From contig JBMORA010000009.1 in assembly GCA_049320885.1 (NCBI GenBank), positions 128,001 through 192,000 on the forward strand: a stretch of 64,000 nucleotides of DNA, given 5' to 3'. Origin of the DNA: Thermodesulfobacteriota bacterium. Lineage in GTDB: Bacteria > Desulfobacterota > Desulfobacteria > Desulfobacterales > SURF-7. A program made the translations under genes and the position numbers. This document shows positions 43,140 to 53,838 of this stretch, one piece after another (the stretch's first letter is position 1; each line of letters begins with the position of its first letter). Below the pieces are notes generated by a model that was not told the DNA's origin, made no database searches, and saw only the letters and a program-made list of their open reading frames with translations.

Positions 43140-43712
43140 ATGGGTCGATTTCAGAAGAAATATATGGCATGGGCAGGCGTCTTCCTCAGTTTGCTTTTGT
43201 TTTACCAAACGGCGTTTTCAGCCGAAGCGGTGCTGAACAACCTGGTGGTGACCAATACTCGTGATGATCTGCTCCTGTACCTGGACGTGCAGGGGGCGTT
43301 CACCGCTGAAATGGAACAGGCGATTATAAATGGGGTGCCGGCTTCCTTTTCGTTTTTTATCAGTCTGTATCGAAAACGGACATTCTGGTTGAACGAGAGA
43401 ATAACGGAATTCAGCGTAACCCACACCGTCAAATACAACAATTTAAAAAAAGAATTTGTCGTGGCCCGTTCCTGGGATAAGGGTAAACCGGCCATTACCG
43501 ATTCTTTCGAGGAAATGCAGCGGCTGATGAGCGTTATTGAAGGACTGAAGGTCGTCCAGCTGAGTCAGCTGGAAAAAGGCTCCGAGTATGAACTCAAAGC
43601 CAAGGCGGAACTCAGCAAAATGACGCTGCCGCTGTATCTTCACCATGTTTTCTTTTTTGTTTCGTTATGGGATTTTGAAACAGACTGGTCTGCCATTTCG
43701 TTTGGTTATTGA
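43140..43712 (+). CDS. DUF4390-like periplasmic protein
   Basis: Signal peptide, AIINGVP, C-terminal WDFETDW; conserved position before ntrY/ntrX. Confidence 0.75.
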   Translation: MGRFQKKYMAWAGVFLSLLLFYQTAFSAEAVLNNLVVTNTRDDLLLYLDVQGAFTAEMEQAIINGVPASFSFFISLYRKRTFWLNERITEFSVTHTVKYNNLKKEFVVARSWDKGKPAITDSFEEMQRLMSVIEGLKVVQLSQLEKGSEYELKAKAELSKMTLPLYLHHVFFFVSLWDFETDWSAISFGY

Positions 43713-43745
43713 CAGGCGGAATACGCCGGCGAGGCCTGACAATGA

Positions 43746-45995
43746 ATGATGACTCAGTTCAGACGAAAGCCAAAAAGACCTCCATTGTCCACGGACGAGC
43801 AGCGCCGCCGTAAGCGTGAGCTTATCCTGATCGCTGTCAGTCTTCTCTTCATAATCGTCCTCACGTTTGCGGAAACCCGCATCATCAAGTTCGGTGGAGA
43901 TTTCCCCATCTCCAATACGATCCTGATGTTCATTTTGATCAATATCAACGTGTTGCTTTTGATTTTGATCCTGTTTCTGGTGTTTCGCAATCTCGTCAAG
44001 CTGTTATACGACCGCAGACGGAAAGTCATGGGCGCCAAGCTGCGGACAAGGCTGGTGGTGGCCTTCATTGCCCTGTCCTTGCTGCCCACGACGGTGCTGT
44101 TCTTTTTTTCCCTCAATTTCATCACGGCCAGCATTGAATTCTGGTTCAATGTGCCGATTGAGCAGGCTCTTGAAAATTCTCTTACCGTGGGGCGCCACTT
44201 TTATCAGCACGTGGAAAAGAACAACATGTTTTTTCTGGAGAGGGCTGCCTACCAGATCCAGACCAAAAAATACACCCATGGGGAGAAGCAAAAGGAATTG
44301 TCCCGTTACATCCAGGTGGTGCAGCGGGAATTCAATCACGATCTGGTGGAAATCTACAGCGCCAAGGCCAACCGACTGGCCTATGCGATTTCCCCCCAGA
44401 TGGAGAACCGGTCATTCGCCACCGTGTCGCCCGATGATTTGCTGAAAGCGACTCCGCCGCCGGGGGTGCGCACCATCTCCGATGTCATCCCCGGCGGGGA
44501 ACTGATCCGGACCATCGGGACGGTGCCCTTCAATGTCGACCGGAACGCTGCGGAAGCCTTCGTGGTCATTTCCATGCTCATTCCGCGGGATCTTTCCGAC
44601 AACATGGCATCCATTTCAAGGGGCTTTGAGGAATACCAGCAGATCAAGATGCTGAAAACGCCGATTCAGACAACCTACTACATCACGCTGTCCATCGTGG
44701 CCTTGCTGGTGGTTTTCTGCGCGGTCTGGTTCGGCTTTTATTTGGCCAAATCCATCACCATTCCGATCATGGAGCTGGCCGAAGGGACCAGACGGGTGGC
44801 GGATGGAGATTTGAGTTTCAATATCGATCTGGTGGCCGATGACGAGATCGGCAGTCTCGTCGTATCGTTTAACAAGATGACGCGTGATTTGCGGGTAAGC
44901 CGGGAGCAGCTGGAGCTATCCGCCCGGACGCTCCATGACAAAAACGTGGAGATCGAAGAACGCCGCCAGTATATGGAAATTGTTCTCAAAAATGTTTCCG
45001 CCGGGGTCATTTCCCTGAACAAAAGCGGTTTGATTTCCACCATCAACAAATCGGCCGAACGCATGCTGTCGCTTCATCCGGATGACATTATCAAAAAGAG
45101 CTATAAAAATCTGCTCCAGGGACCCCACCTGGAGTTGGCCGACGAGATCGTGGACCGGCTCTCCAACTCGAGAAGCAGTTCCCTGGAAATGCCCTTCAAA
45201 CTTACCATCAGCGGCAGGCCGCGCAGTTTTCTGGTGCATCTGAACGCCCTCAAGGATGACGGGGGCCACCATCTGGGGATCGTCATGGTCATCGATGATC
45301 TCACGGAATTGGAAAAAGCCCAGCGCATGGCGGCCTGGCGGGAAGTCGCGCGGAGAATCGCCCATGAGGTGAAAAACCCGTTGACGCCCATTTCCCTGTC
45401 GGCCCAGCGCTTAAAGCGAAAATACGCCGCCCAGGTCAATGATCCGGTTTTTAACGAGTGTACCCAAATGATCATCGACCATGTGGATTTGATCCGTAAC
45501 CTGGTGAATGAGTTCTCCGCCTTTGCACGTTTTCCGGGCGCCAAACCGCTGCTGTGCGACTTGTTGCCGATCATCGAGGAGACCATTGCGCTTTACCGGG
45601 AGGGACATCCCAAAGTCCGTTTTGATATCGTTACGAACCATGAAATTCCCCGGCTGAACCTGGACCGGCAGCAGATCAAGCAGGCGATGATTAATCTGGT
45701 GGACAATGCGGTTGCCTCCATCGACCAGGACGGCAAGGTGACCGTAACCGTGAGTCATGACCCCATATTGGAAAAAGTCCGGCTCGAAGTCGCCGATTCC
45801 GGCAAGGGAATATCCGACAGTGAAAAAACCAGATTGTTCGAGCCGTATTTTTCCACCAAAAAAACCGGGATGGGGTTGGGGCTGACCATCGTCAGCACCA
45901 TTATCGCCGATCATGACGGCATGATCAGTGTTCAGGACAACAAACCCTGCGGGGCCAAATTTGTGGTGGAGCTTCCGGTGCCGAAATTCTCGTGA
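43746..45995 (+). CDS. ntrY: NtrY-like sensor histidine kinase (HAMP, PAS)
   Basis: 4 TM, HAMP (DEIGSLV..FNKM), PAS, AWREVARRIAHEVKNPLTPI H-box. Confidence 0.9.
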   Translation: MMTQFRRKPKRPPLSTDEQRRRKRELILIAVSLLFIIVLTFAETRIIKFGGDFPISNTILMFILININVLLLILILFLVFRNLVKLLYDRRRKVMGAKLRTRLVVAFIALSLLPTTVLFFFSLNFITASIEFWFNVPIEQALENSLTVGRHFYQHVEKNNMFFLERAAYQIQTKKYTHGEKQKELSRYIQVVQREFNHDLVEIYSAKANRLAYAISPQMENRSFATVSPDDLLKATPPPGVRTISDVIPGGELIRTIGTVPFNVDRNAAEAFVVISMLIPRDLSDNMASISRGFEEYQQIKMLKTPIQTTYYITLSIVALLVVFCAVWFGFYLAKSITIPIMELAEGTRRVADGDLSFNIDLVADDEIGSLVVSFNKMTRDLRVSREQLELSARTLHDKNVEIEERRQYMEIVLKNVSAGVISLNKSGLISTINKSAERMLSLHPDDIIKKSYKNLLQGPHLELADEIVDRLSNSRSSSLEMPFKLTISGRPRSFLVHLNALKDDGGHHLGIVMVIDDLTELEKAQRMAAWREVARRIAHEVKNPLTPISLSAQRLKRKYAAQVNDPVFNECTQMIIDHVDLIRNLVNEFSAFARFPGAKPLLCDLLPIIEETIALYREGHPKVRFDIVTNHEIPRLNLDRQQIKQAMINLVDNAVASIDQDGKVTVTVSHDPILEKVRLEVADSGKGISDSEKTRLFEPYFSTKKTGMGLGLTIVSTIIADHDGMISVQDNKPCGAKFVVELPVPKFS

Positions 45996-46039
45996 CCATC
46001 GGCTGCCCCGGCTGCCGCCGGTTGTGAAGGAGAGTTACT

Positions 46040-47407
46040 ATGTTTCCAACTGTATTAATTGTAGATGACGAGCAATCCATTGTCCAATCATTGAGCGGAC
46101 TGCTGTCCGACGAAGGCTTCGAGGTGCTCAGTGCCGCCAATGGATATGAAGCCCTCAAGATCATCGACACGGATGCGCCGGATTTGGTCCTGCTGGATAT
46201 CTGGATGCCCGGAATCGATGGCATCGAGACCCTGAAAGAGATCAAGAAGGTAACCCCCCATGTTCAGGTCATTATGATCACCGGTCACGGTACCATAGAA
46301 ACGGCGGTCAATGCCACCAAACTAGGGGCTTTTGATTTTATCGAAAAGCCGCTCTCCATCGACAAGGTGATCGTGGCGATCAACAATGCCTTGAATTTCC
46401 GGCGACTGGAGGAAGAAAACCGCTATCTGAGAAGAAAAACCATCGAAAAGCATTCCATTGACGGCAACAGTCCGCCGATTGTGGCGCTGAAACAGCAGAT
46501 CGCCATTGCCGCGCCCACGGATGCCTGGATTTTGATCACCGGAGAAAACGGAACCGGCAAGGAACTGGTGGCGCGGACCATTCACCAGCTCAGCCGGCGG
46601 TCCGAGGAACCGCTCATCGATGTGAACTGCGCCGCCATTCCGGAAGAATTAATTGAAATTGAATTGTTCGGTCACGAAAAAGGCGCCATTGCCGACGCCG
46701 CCACCAAGTCCCGCGGAAAATTCGAGATGGCCAACAAGGGAACGATCTTTCTGGATGAAATCGGCGACATGAGTCTGAAGATGCAGGCCAAGATTCTGCG
46801 GGTCCTCCAGGAGCAGACCTTCCAGCGGGTGGGCGGCAGCAGAAGACTGGAGGCGGATGTGCGCGTGATCGTGGCCAGCAATAAAGATCTGGAAAAAGAG
46901 ATCGAAGCCGGAAATTTTCGGGAGGATTTGTATTTCCGCTTGAATGTGATTCCCATCGAAGTTCCGCCCCTGCGGGAGCGCCTGGAAGATATTCCCGTAC
47001 TGGTGGAAACCTTTCTGGCCAAACTCGCCAGGCAGAATCGCAGCCGGGTCAAAAAACTTACGGAGGAGGCCCTTCGGGCACTGGCCTTTCACAGTTGGCC
47101 GGGCAATGTCCGGGAGCTGAAAAATCTGGTGGAGCGCCTGGTGATCATGGTGCCGGCGGATGAAATCGGCGTCATGGATCTTCCGGCGCCGTACAATCCG
47201 AACCTTGCGGAAAAAATGAATTCCGGGGATTCCCGGTTTTTTGCCATCCATCAGCTGAAGGATGCCAGGCTGGCATTTGAGGAGGAGTTTGTCAGGCGCA
47301 AATTGATGCTCAATTTGAACAACATCACCAAAACGGCCGAATCCATCGGGGTCGAACGGACCCATCTGCACAAAAAACTGAAAAAAATGGGTTTCGAGCG
47401 TTCATGA
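46040..47407 (+). CDS. ntrX: NtrX-like response regulator (REC-AAA+-HTH)
   Basis: LLDIWMP receiver, [23 protein letters not shown], Fis-type HTH; GAFTGA is replaced by GAIADA. Confidence 0.9.
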   Translation: MFPTVLIVDDEQSIVQSLSGLLSDEGFEVLSAANGYEALKIIDTDAPDLVLLDIWMPGIDGIETLKEIKKVTPHVQVIMITGHGTIETAVNATKLGAFDFIEKPLSIDKVIVAINNALNFRRLEEENRYLRRKTIEKHSIDGNSPPIVALKQQIAIAAPTDAWILITGENGTGKELVARTIHQLSRRSEEPLIDVNCAAIPEELIEIELFGHEKGAIADAATKSRGKFEMANKGTIFLDEIGDMSLKMQAKILRVLQEQTFQRVGGSRRLEADVRVIVASNKDLEKEIEAGNFREDLYFRLNVIPIEVPPLRERLEDIPVLVETFLAKLARQNRSRVKKLTEEALRALAFHSWPGNVRELKNLVERLVIMVPADEIGVMDLPAPYNPNLAEKMNSGDSRFFAIHQLKDARLAFEEEFVRRKLMLNLNNITKTAESIGVERTHLHKKLKKMGFERS

Positions 47408-47967
47408 GTGTGCGGATCATTGCGGGTACAGCCAAAGGCAGAAAACTGCTGACCGCCGGCGGATGGAAGACCCGGCCCACTGCCAACCGGGCCCGGGAAG
47501 CCATCTTCAACATCATCTCGGCAAAGTTGAAAGAAGCGGTGGTTCTGGATCTATTCGCCGGCACGGGCGCTTTCGGTATCGAGGCCCTCAGTCGCGGCGC
47601 CGCTTTCGCCCTGTTCATCGACAATGACCGCCAGGCCCTTGCGTTGATTGAAAAAAATGTGCATTCATGTTACATGGAATCCCGTTCCAGATTGATTGGC
47701 TGGAACATCCTGAAAAATCTGGAATGCATCCGGGCGGCGGCTCCTCCCTTCAACCTGGTTTTCATGGACCCGCCATATGGCCGCAATTATGTAGAAGTCA
47801 CCCTGCGCCATCTGGATGCGGCGGGGGCCTTGGAAAAAGGCGCTGTCATCGTCATTGAGCATGACCATTCCGACCCGCTGCCGGGAGACATCCCCGGGTA
47901 CATCGTATATGATCAGCGGCGGTACGGTCGCGCCATGGTTACGTTCGCGAGGCATGGCGGCGGTTGA
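47404..47967 (+). CDS. rsmD: 16S rRNA m2G966 methyltransferase
   Basis: RIIAG..KGR, RPT, LDLFAGTG, EALSRGA, DPPY. Confidence 0.93.
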   Translation: MSVRIIAGTAKGRKLLTAGGWKTRPTANRAREAIFNIISAKLKEAVVLDLFAGTGAFGIEALSRGAAFALFIDNDRQALALIEKNVHSCYMESRSRLIGWNILKNLECIRAAAPPFNLVFMDPPYGRNYVEVTLRHLDAAGALEKGAVIVIEHDHSDPLPGDIPGYIVYDQRRYGRAMVTFARHGGG

Positions 47968-48062
47968 GACCGAAGCGGAACTGGAGGCAACCGGGCCGTC
48001 ACGATGATCATGGGCATGGCGGATTGCCCAATCTCGTTCGATTTAAGCAAAGGTGGATGCGG

Positions 48063-48554
48063 ATGGACAAAAAAACAGCTATATATCCCGGATCATTTGA
48101 CCCGTTGACCAACGGCCATATGGATATCATCAAGCGGGGTCTGCGCATGTTTGACAAAATCATCGTGGCGATCCTGCACAATCCTGCAAAACAGGCCCTG
48201 TTCACCATCGAGGAACGGATGGAAATGCTGAAGGAGAGCCTGAAAGGGCATGGGAACATTGAAATCGATTCCTTCCAGGGCCTGCTGGTGGATTATGCGG
48301 TTCAAAAGCGGGCCTGCGCCATTTTGCGAGGCATGCGCGCCGTGTCCGATTTTGAATACGAATTCCAGATGGCCCTCATGAACCGTCGGCTCAATCGGGA
48401 TGTTCAAACCGTTTTTTTAATGACCGGACTGCGCTGGATTTTCACAAGCTCTTCCATTATCAAGGAAGCGGCCCGGTTCGGCGGCAATATCGACGGTATG
48501 GTGCCGGCCATCGTGAGTCAAAAGGTAAAGGAAAAATTCAACGGCAAGTTCTGA
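48063..48554 (+). CDS. coaD: Phosphopantetheine adenylyltransferase
   Basis: YPGSFDPLTNGH, RGMRAVSDFEYE, SSSIIKE. Confidence 0.96.
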   Translation: MDKKTAIYPGSFDPLTNGHMDIIKRGLRMFDKIIVAILHNPAKQALFTIEERMEMLKESLKGHGNIEIDSFQGLLVDYAVQKRACAILRGMRAVSDFEYEFQMALMNRRLNRDVQTVFLMTGLRWIFTSSSIIKEAARFGGNIDGMVPAIVSQKVKEKFNGKF

Positions 48555-49483
48555 TGGATCTCTGGCAGCTCCACATTTTCCGCAAGGTCATCGACCACCG
48601 CAGCTTTTCAAAAGCCGCCGAGGCGGTTAACCTTTCCCAGCCGACGGTCAGCAGTCACATCAAATACCTGGAAGATCATTTCGGGTGCCGGCTGCTGGAT
48701 CGGCTTGGCAAGGAAGTCCTGCCCACCAAGGCCGGCGAGTTGCTGTACGGCTATGCGACCCGGCTCCTGGTCTTTCGGGATGAAATGGAGACCGCCCTGG
48801 CCGGGTTTCAGGGGGTCATCAAGGGCCGGCTGAACATCGGCGGGAGCACCATTCCGGGCGGATACATCCTGCCCCGTCTGATCGGACCGTTTGTCAGGGA
48901 GCACCGGGAGGTGACGGTGTCCATCCGGATCAGCGACACCCAGACCATCCTGGGTGAGGTGGCCGCCGGAGAGCTGGAAATGGGTATTGTGGGGGCGGAG
49001 GTGGACGATAAGCGAATTCGGCAGGACAGGCTGATCGAGGACGAGATGAAGCTGGTGGTCCCGGCCAATCACCCCTGGGCGAAAAGAAACCAAGTCAGTC
49101 CGGCGCTTTTGTCCCGGGAACCGTTCATCGTCCGCGAAAAGGGCTCCGGAACGTTGAAATCCATCCAGGCCTGCATGGCGGCAGGCGGACACCGCATGGA
49201 GGAATTGCATGTCGTGGCTGAAATGGGCAGCACCACGGCTGTTTGTCAGGGCATCAAGAACGGAATCGGCGTCTCCATCCTTTCGCCCATCGCCGTGGAG
49301 GAGGAACTGCGCCTGGGTACGCTGAAAGCGCTCGATGTCGAGGGCTGGAACCTGCGGCGTAACTTCTATCTCACCCGGCATCGGCAGCGAACCGCTTCGC
49401 CGTTGTGTCAGTTGTTTATCCGATTTATTGAAAAAGCCAGCGCCGGGCTGCTGCTTTCGCCAACAGCGCCGCAGCCGGAATAG
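48554..49483 (+). CDS. LysR-family transcriptional regulator (CysL-like)
   Basis: SFSKAA...SQPTVS HTH, GGSTIPG, REKGSGT; TGATG overlap with coaD. Confidence 0.92.
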   Translation: MDLWQLHIFRKVIDHRSFSKAAEAVNLSQPTVSSHIKYLEDHFGCRLLDRLGKEVLPTKAGELLYGYATRLLVFRDEMETALAGFQGVIKGRLNIGGSTIPGGYILPRLIGPFVREHREVTVSIRISDTQTILGEVAAGELEMGIVGAEVDDKRIRQDRLIEDEMKLVVPANHPWAKRNQVSPALLSREPFIVREKGSGTLKSIQACMAAGGHRMEELHVVAEMGSTTAVCQGIKNGIGVSILSPIAVEEELRLGTLKALDVEGWNLRRNFYLTRHRQRTASPLCQLFIRFIEKASAGLLLSPTAPQPE

Positions 49484-49498
49484 CGGAAGCCGCCGGGT

Positions 49499-50155
49499 TT
49501 ATTCCCGCCAACCGTGCTCGCCGATGAGCTTGACAAATCGGCATCCTCCCAGATTTCGAGTCTGAATGCCGTTGTCATTCTTGACCAACTTGATGAGGTC
49601 CTGTGTGTGCTGGTCGCCGACGGGCATGACCAGGCGGCCGCCCGGGGCCAGTTGTTCCACCAGGGTCGCCGGGATTTTCGGTGATCCGGCGGTGACGATG
49701 ATGGCGTCAAACGGACTTTCCTCTTTCCAGCCCGATGTCCCATCCGAATAACGGGTGACGATATTATGGTAGCGAAGCGTATCGAATAATTGCCGCGCCT
49801 TCACCAGCAGGGAATGCTTTCGTTCGATGGTGTAGACCCGGTAGGCAATGCTGGCCAGGATCGCCGCCTGATAGCCGGACCCGGTTCCGATTTCCAGCAC
49901 CCGATCTTCGGGGTTCAGTTCCAGGGCCTGGGTCATTTCGGCAACGATATATGGCTGCGAGATGGTCTGTTGTTCGCCGATGGGAAGCGGAAAATCGCCA
50001 TAGGCCTGGTCCATCAGGGCCTCGCTTACGAAGAGGTGCCGGGGGACTTTTCGCATGGCATCCAAAACATGCCGGTCCGTTATGTCACGCCTTTCAATCT
50101 GTTCCCGGACCATTTCCTCCCGGCGGCGCTGGTATTTTATCTCATCTTTATGCAT
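49499..50155 (-). CDS. pcm: Protein-L-isoaspartate O-methyltransferase
   Basis: VPRHLF, QTISQP, VLEIGTGSGYQAA, PFDAIIVTA, FVKL. Confidence 0.96.
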   Translation of the reverse strand: MHKDEIKYQRRREEMVREQIERRDITDRHVLDAMRKVPRHLFVSEALMDQAYGDFPLPIGEQQTISQPYIVAEMTQALELNPEDRVLEIGTGSGYQAAILASIAYRVYTIERKHSLLVKARQLFDTLRYHNIVTRYSDGTSGWKEESPFDAIIVTAGSPKIPATLVEQLAPGGRLVMPVGDQHTQDLIKLVKNDNGIQTRNLGGCRFVKLIGEHGWRE

Positions 50156-50742
50156 CAGATTTTATAGATTATGCGGGTGTCGGTGATGATGATGTCCACA
50201 TATTTGTCGTGGCTTTCCATGGGGACATGCGGAATGATTTGTTTCTCAAACGCCAGAGCTACCTTACGGGTCGTTATGGGCAATTTGGGCATCAAGCGGT
50301 CGTAATATCCGTCACCGGTTCCAAGACGACCGCCTTTTTCATCGAAAGCCAGTCCCGGTACAATGGCGATGTCAATACAATCGATGGGGATGCGTTTGCA
50401 TCTCCCGGGATCCGGCTCCAGGTACCCCTGGGGGCCGACGATCAAATCCGATTTGATATTGTCGATTTTCATCGGTATCATCTCCCGTTGATCCGCATCG
50501 AAGGTCGGCAGGGCGATGATCTTTTGATTCGCCAGACCGCGCTGGATGATTTTCCGGGTATCCACTTCCGCGCTCCGATTGGTGAACAACAGTGCGATGT
50601 TGGCCTCCATGAAATTGGCAAAGCCGAACAGACTGTCCTCAAGCTTCCGCATGCTTTTGGTTTTTTCCGCCTCCGGCATGGACTCGATCCTTGCGATCAT
50701 TTCTTTTCGAATTTCGTTTTTTTTCTCTCGTATATCCTCCAT
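50155..50742 (-). CDS. ygfA: 5-formyltetrahydrofolate cyclo-ligase
   Basis: K..IRK, EVDT, VPGLAFD..GGRLGTGDGYYDR, HD..VD. Start at MEDIR. Confidence 0.92.
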   Translation of the reverse strand: MEDIREKKNEIRKEMIARIESMPEAEKTKSMRKLEDSLFGFANFMEANIALLFTNRSAEVDTRKIIQRGLANQKIIALPTFDADQREMIPMKIDNIKSDLIVGPQGYLEPDPGRCKRIPIDCIDIAIVPGLAFDEKGGRLGTGDGYYDRLMPKLPITTRKVALAFEKQIIPHVPMESHDKYVDIIITDTRIIYKI

Positions 50743-50849
50743 AAGCCCTCTCCGGATCTTCCAGGTTTTCCGAGGTATGATCGGCAATAAAATAGGGGAA
50801 ATATGCTCTTCCGACCTCCCGGTAGTCAACTCGCAACTCGTAATAATTA

Positions 50850-50878
50850 TTGACCAAAAAAATTATGCATGATAATTT
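50850..50878 (+). promoter_or_regulatory. Probable sigma70 promoter for serS
   Basis: TTGACC-17 nt-TAATTT with extended -10 TGn, in an AT-rich divergent region. Confidence 0.5.
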
Positions 50879-50999
50879 CCCCGATTACGCCGAATGATAA
50901 GGCGGTGAAGATGCGTCCCGACGCCGATCCGACGCTGGTAGCGTAAATCGACAAACCTATCAAACAAATATATGCAAAATTGTCAATATAGGTACTGTT

Positions 51000-52274
51000 A
51001 TGCTGGAAATCAAGTGGATAAGAAATAATTTTTCCAAGTTGGAAAAAGCTCTGAGAGATCGGAACAATCCGTTGGATGTGGAACCGCTGAAGCGCAGCGA
51101 TGCGGAACGCAGGGGATTCATGCTGGAAATCGATGAGTTGCGTCATCGGCGCAATACCGTTTCGGATCAAATCGCTGACATGAAAAAAAAGGGGGAGAAC
51201 GCGGATGGGTTGATGGCGGAAATGCGCGACGTGTCCTCCCGGATCAAGACACTGGAGAAGCAGCTTGCTGAGAATGAGACGGAATTGAACGCGGTGTTAT
51301 TGGAGATACCCAATATTCCACATGAATCCGTTCCGGTGGGCAGAAATGAAACCGAGAATAAGGTGGAAAAATCCGTCGGCCGGCCCCGGGTGTTTGAGAA
51401 CGAACCGTTGCCCCATTGGACCATCGGCGAACGCTTGAAAATCTTTGATTTTGAAAGGGCGGCCCGGATTACGGGCGCGCGTTTCCCGCTGTATCTGGGC
51501 CTTGGCGCCAGGTTGGAAAGGGCGCTGATTAATTTTATGCTGGATATCCATACCAGGGAACATGGATATCGCGAAGTTCTGCCACCTTTCATGGTGAATC
51601 GGGCCACCATGACCCACACCGGCCAGCTGCCCAAATTTGCGGCCGACCTGTTCAAGATCGAGGGCTGGGAGTATTTTTTAATCCCCACGGCCGAGGTGCC
51701 GGTTACCAATATCCATCAGGATGAAATTCTGGATGAGGAAGCCCTGCCCATCCTGTATACGGCTTATACCCCCTGTTTCCGGTCCGAAGCCGGTTCCTAT
51801 GGCAAGGATACCCGGGGGCTGATTCGCCAGCACCAGTTCAACAAGGTTGAACTGGTCAAATTCACATTGCCGGAAACATCCTATGACGAGCTGGAAAGCC
51901 TGCTGGCGAATGCCGAAACCATTCTGGAACGGCTTGGGCTACCCTACCGGGTGATATCCCTGTGCACCGGGGATCTGGGTTTTTCGGCAGCCAAGACCTA
52001 TGACCTTGAAGTCTGGATGCCTTCCCAGGGCGTATATCGGGAGATTTCCTCGTGCAGCAATTTTGAGGATTTTCAAGCCAGGCGCGGCAATATCCGTTTT
52101 CGCAGAAAAGGAAAAAAGGGAACGGAGCTGGTGCATACGCTGAACGGCTCCGGACTGGCAGTGGGCCGAACAGTCGCGGCAATTCTGGAAAACAATCAGC
52201 AGTCCGACGGTTCCGTGGTCATTCCGGAAGCCCTGAGACCGTATATGCACGGACTGGAGAGCATAACGCCATGA
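51000..52274 (+). CDS. serS: Serine--tRNA ligase
   Basis: N-terminal coiled coil, [45 protein letters not shown]. Confidence 0.98.
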   Translation: MLEIKWIRNNFSKLEKALRDRNNPLDVEPLKRSDAERRGFMLEIDELRHRRNTVSDQIADMKKKGENADGLMAEMRDVSSRIKTLEKQLAENETELNAVLLEIPNIPHESVPVGRNETENKVEKSVGRPRVFENEPLPHWTIGERLKIFDFERAARITGARFPLYLGLGARLERALINFMLDIHTREHGYREVLPPFMVNRATMTHTGQLPKFAADLFKIEGWEYFLIPTAEVPVTNIHQDEILDEEALPILYTAYTPCFRSEAGSYGKDTRGLIRQHQFNKVELVKFTLPETSYDELESLLANAETILERLGLPYRVISLCTGDLGFSAAKTYDLEVWMPSQGVYREISSCSNFEDFQARRGNIRFRRKGKKGTELVHTLNGSGLAVGRTVAAILENNQQSDGSVVIPEALRPYMHGLESITP

Positions 52275-53773
52275 ACAACGATTTGGTTCCGAAAGATATC
52301 CATAAGGATCTGGTGCCCCTGCCGGCCGGAAAAATGATGTATCGGTGTCTGGGTTGCGCTGGAGAATTCGGCATTGAGCAGCTGCTGTACACCTGCCCGG
52401 ATTGCGGCCAGGTGCTGATGCTGGTTGACGCGCAGTTCGACCGGTTGAAAGCGGTTCCCGCCGAGCGGTGGCAACGGATTTTCGATTACCGCAAGCTGAC
52501 CCGGAATCCGGCATTGAAAGGCATTTACCGGTATCACGAATTCATCGGCCCGGTCCTGCCGCTCTCCTCCATCATTTACCTGGGGGAAGGGCATACCCCC
52601 ATGATTGAGGCCAACGGCCGTTTACAGGAAATGGCGGGTATGCGGTTTTTTTATAAAAATGACGGCCAAAACCCCAGCGCCTCCTTCAAGGATCGGGGAA
52701 TGGCCAGCGCCATGAGTTATATCAACTATTTGATTCAGGATGGAAAAGCCAGGGACGTACTGGCCATCTGCGCCTCCACCGGGGATACGTCGGCGGCGGC
52801 GGCCTTGTATGCCGCCTACATGCAGCCAGCGGTCAAGTCGGCCGTGCTGCTGCCCCACAAAAAAGTGACACCGCAACAATTGTCCCAACCCCTGGGCAGC
52901 GGGGCGACCGTTTTTGAAATTCCGGGGGTTTTCGATGATTGCATGAAGGTCGTGGAAGCCTTGTCGGAACAATACAATGTGGCCTTGTTGAATTCCAAGA
53001 ATGCCTGGCGGATTCTGGGCCAGGAATCCTATTCATATGAAATCGCCCAGGAATTCAATTACGATGTTTCCGCCGTGGTGGTGGTGGTGCCCATCGGCAA
53101 TGCCGGCAACATCACCGCCGTGATCAATGGCTTTCTGAAATGGCACGCCGCCGGCATTATCCGGGAGCTTCCGAAAATCGTCGGCGTGCAATCCGAACAT
53201 GCCGACCCCGTATTCCGATACTATCGCGAACCGGATGCCGCCAAGCGGCAGTTCGTACCCGTGACCGTTCAACCCAGCGTGGCCCAGGCCGCCATGATTG
53301 GGAATCCGGTTTCCATGCCCCGGGTGATTCATCTGGTGGATCAATACAACGCGGCGGCAGGCCGGCAGAAAATTCATTTTGTCCAGGTTTCGGAACAGGC
53401 GATCATGGATTGGGAGCTACAAGCCAACCGCAACGGGCATATCGCCTGCACCCATGGAGGGGAAACCTTGGCAGGGTTGGTTGCGGCAAAGGCCGGCGGC
53501 TGTATCGAAGACCATGAAGTCGCGGTGATCGATTCGACGGCCCATGCCCTGAAATTCTCCGGTTTCCAGCAACTGTATTTTGACAATCAGTTCCCCGAGG
53601 CCTACCGGATTTCACCGAACCCGGATTTGATCAATGCTCCCTTGTATATCCGGCCCGATGACCTGAAACAAATACCGGAAGCCGGACAACCCCTTGATCC
53701 TGAATCCTTTGGCCTTTTTGTCCGCCGGGTTTCCGAGGAAATCGCCTCGGTTCTCAAACTGCGGGCCAAATGA
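52271..53773 (+). CDS. thrC: Threonine synthase
   Basis: CxxC..CxxC N-terminus, [17 protein letters not shown] (PLP Lys), ASTGDTS, PIGNAGN. Confidence 0.92.
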   Translation: MNNDLVPKDIHKDLVPLPAGKMMYRCLGCAGEFGIEQLLYTCPDCGQVLMLVDAQFDRLKAVPAERWQRIFDYRKLTRNPALKGIYRYHEFIGPVLPLSSIIYLGEGHTPMIEANGRLQEMAGMRFFYKNDGQNPSASFKDRGMASAMSYINYLIQDGKARDVLAICASTGDTSAAAALYAAYMQPAVKSAVLLPHKKVTPQQLSQPLGSGATVFEIPGVFDDCMKVVEALSEQYNVALLNSKNAWRILGQESYSYEIAQEFNYDVSAVVVVVPIGNAGNITAVINGFLKWHAAGIIRELPKIVGVQSEHADPVFRYYREPDAAKRQFVPVTVQPSVAQAAMIGNPVSMPRVIHLVDQYNAAAGRQKIHFVQVSEQAIMDWELQANRNGHIACTHGGETLAGLVAAKAGGCIEDHEVAVIDSTAHALKFSGFQQLYFDNQFPEAYRISPNPDLINAPLYIRPDDLKQIPEAGQPLDPESFGLFVRRVSEEIASVLKLRAK

Positions 53774-53838
53774 CGTATTCCGATTCGAGGACCGCTGCGA
53801 CCGGTTCCGGCATTCCGAAATGGAGAAGTGAGGGTGTA

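Noticed and set aside
50743..50999. Possible 6S RNA upstream of ygfA
   Set aside because: The synteny is suggestive, but I see no long imperfect hairpin with a central bubble and no zapA; the region reads as divergent promoters. An Rfam scan would settle it.
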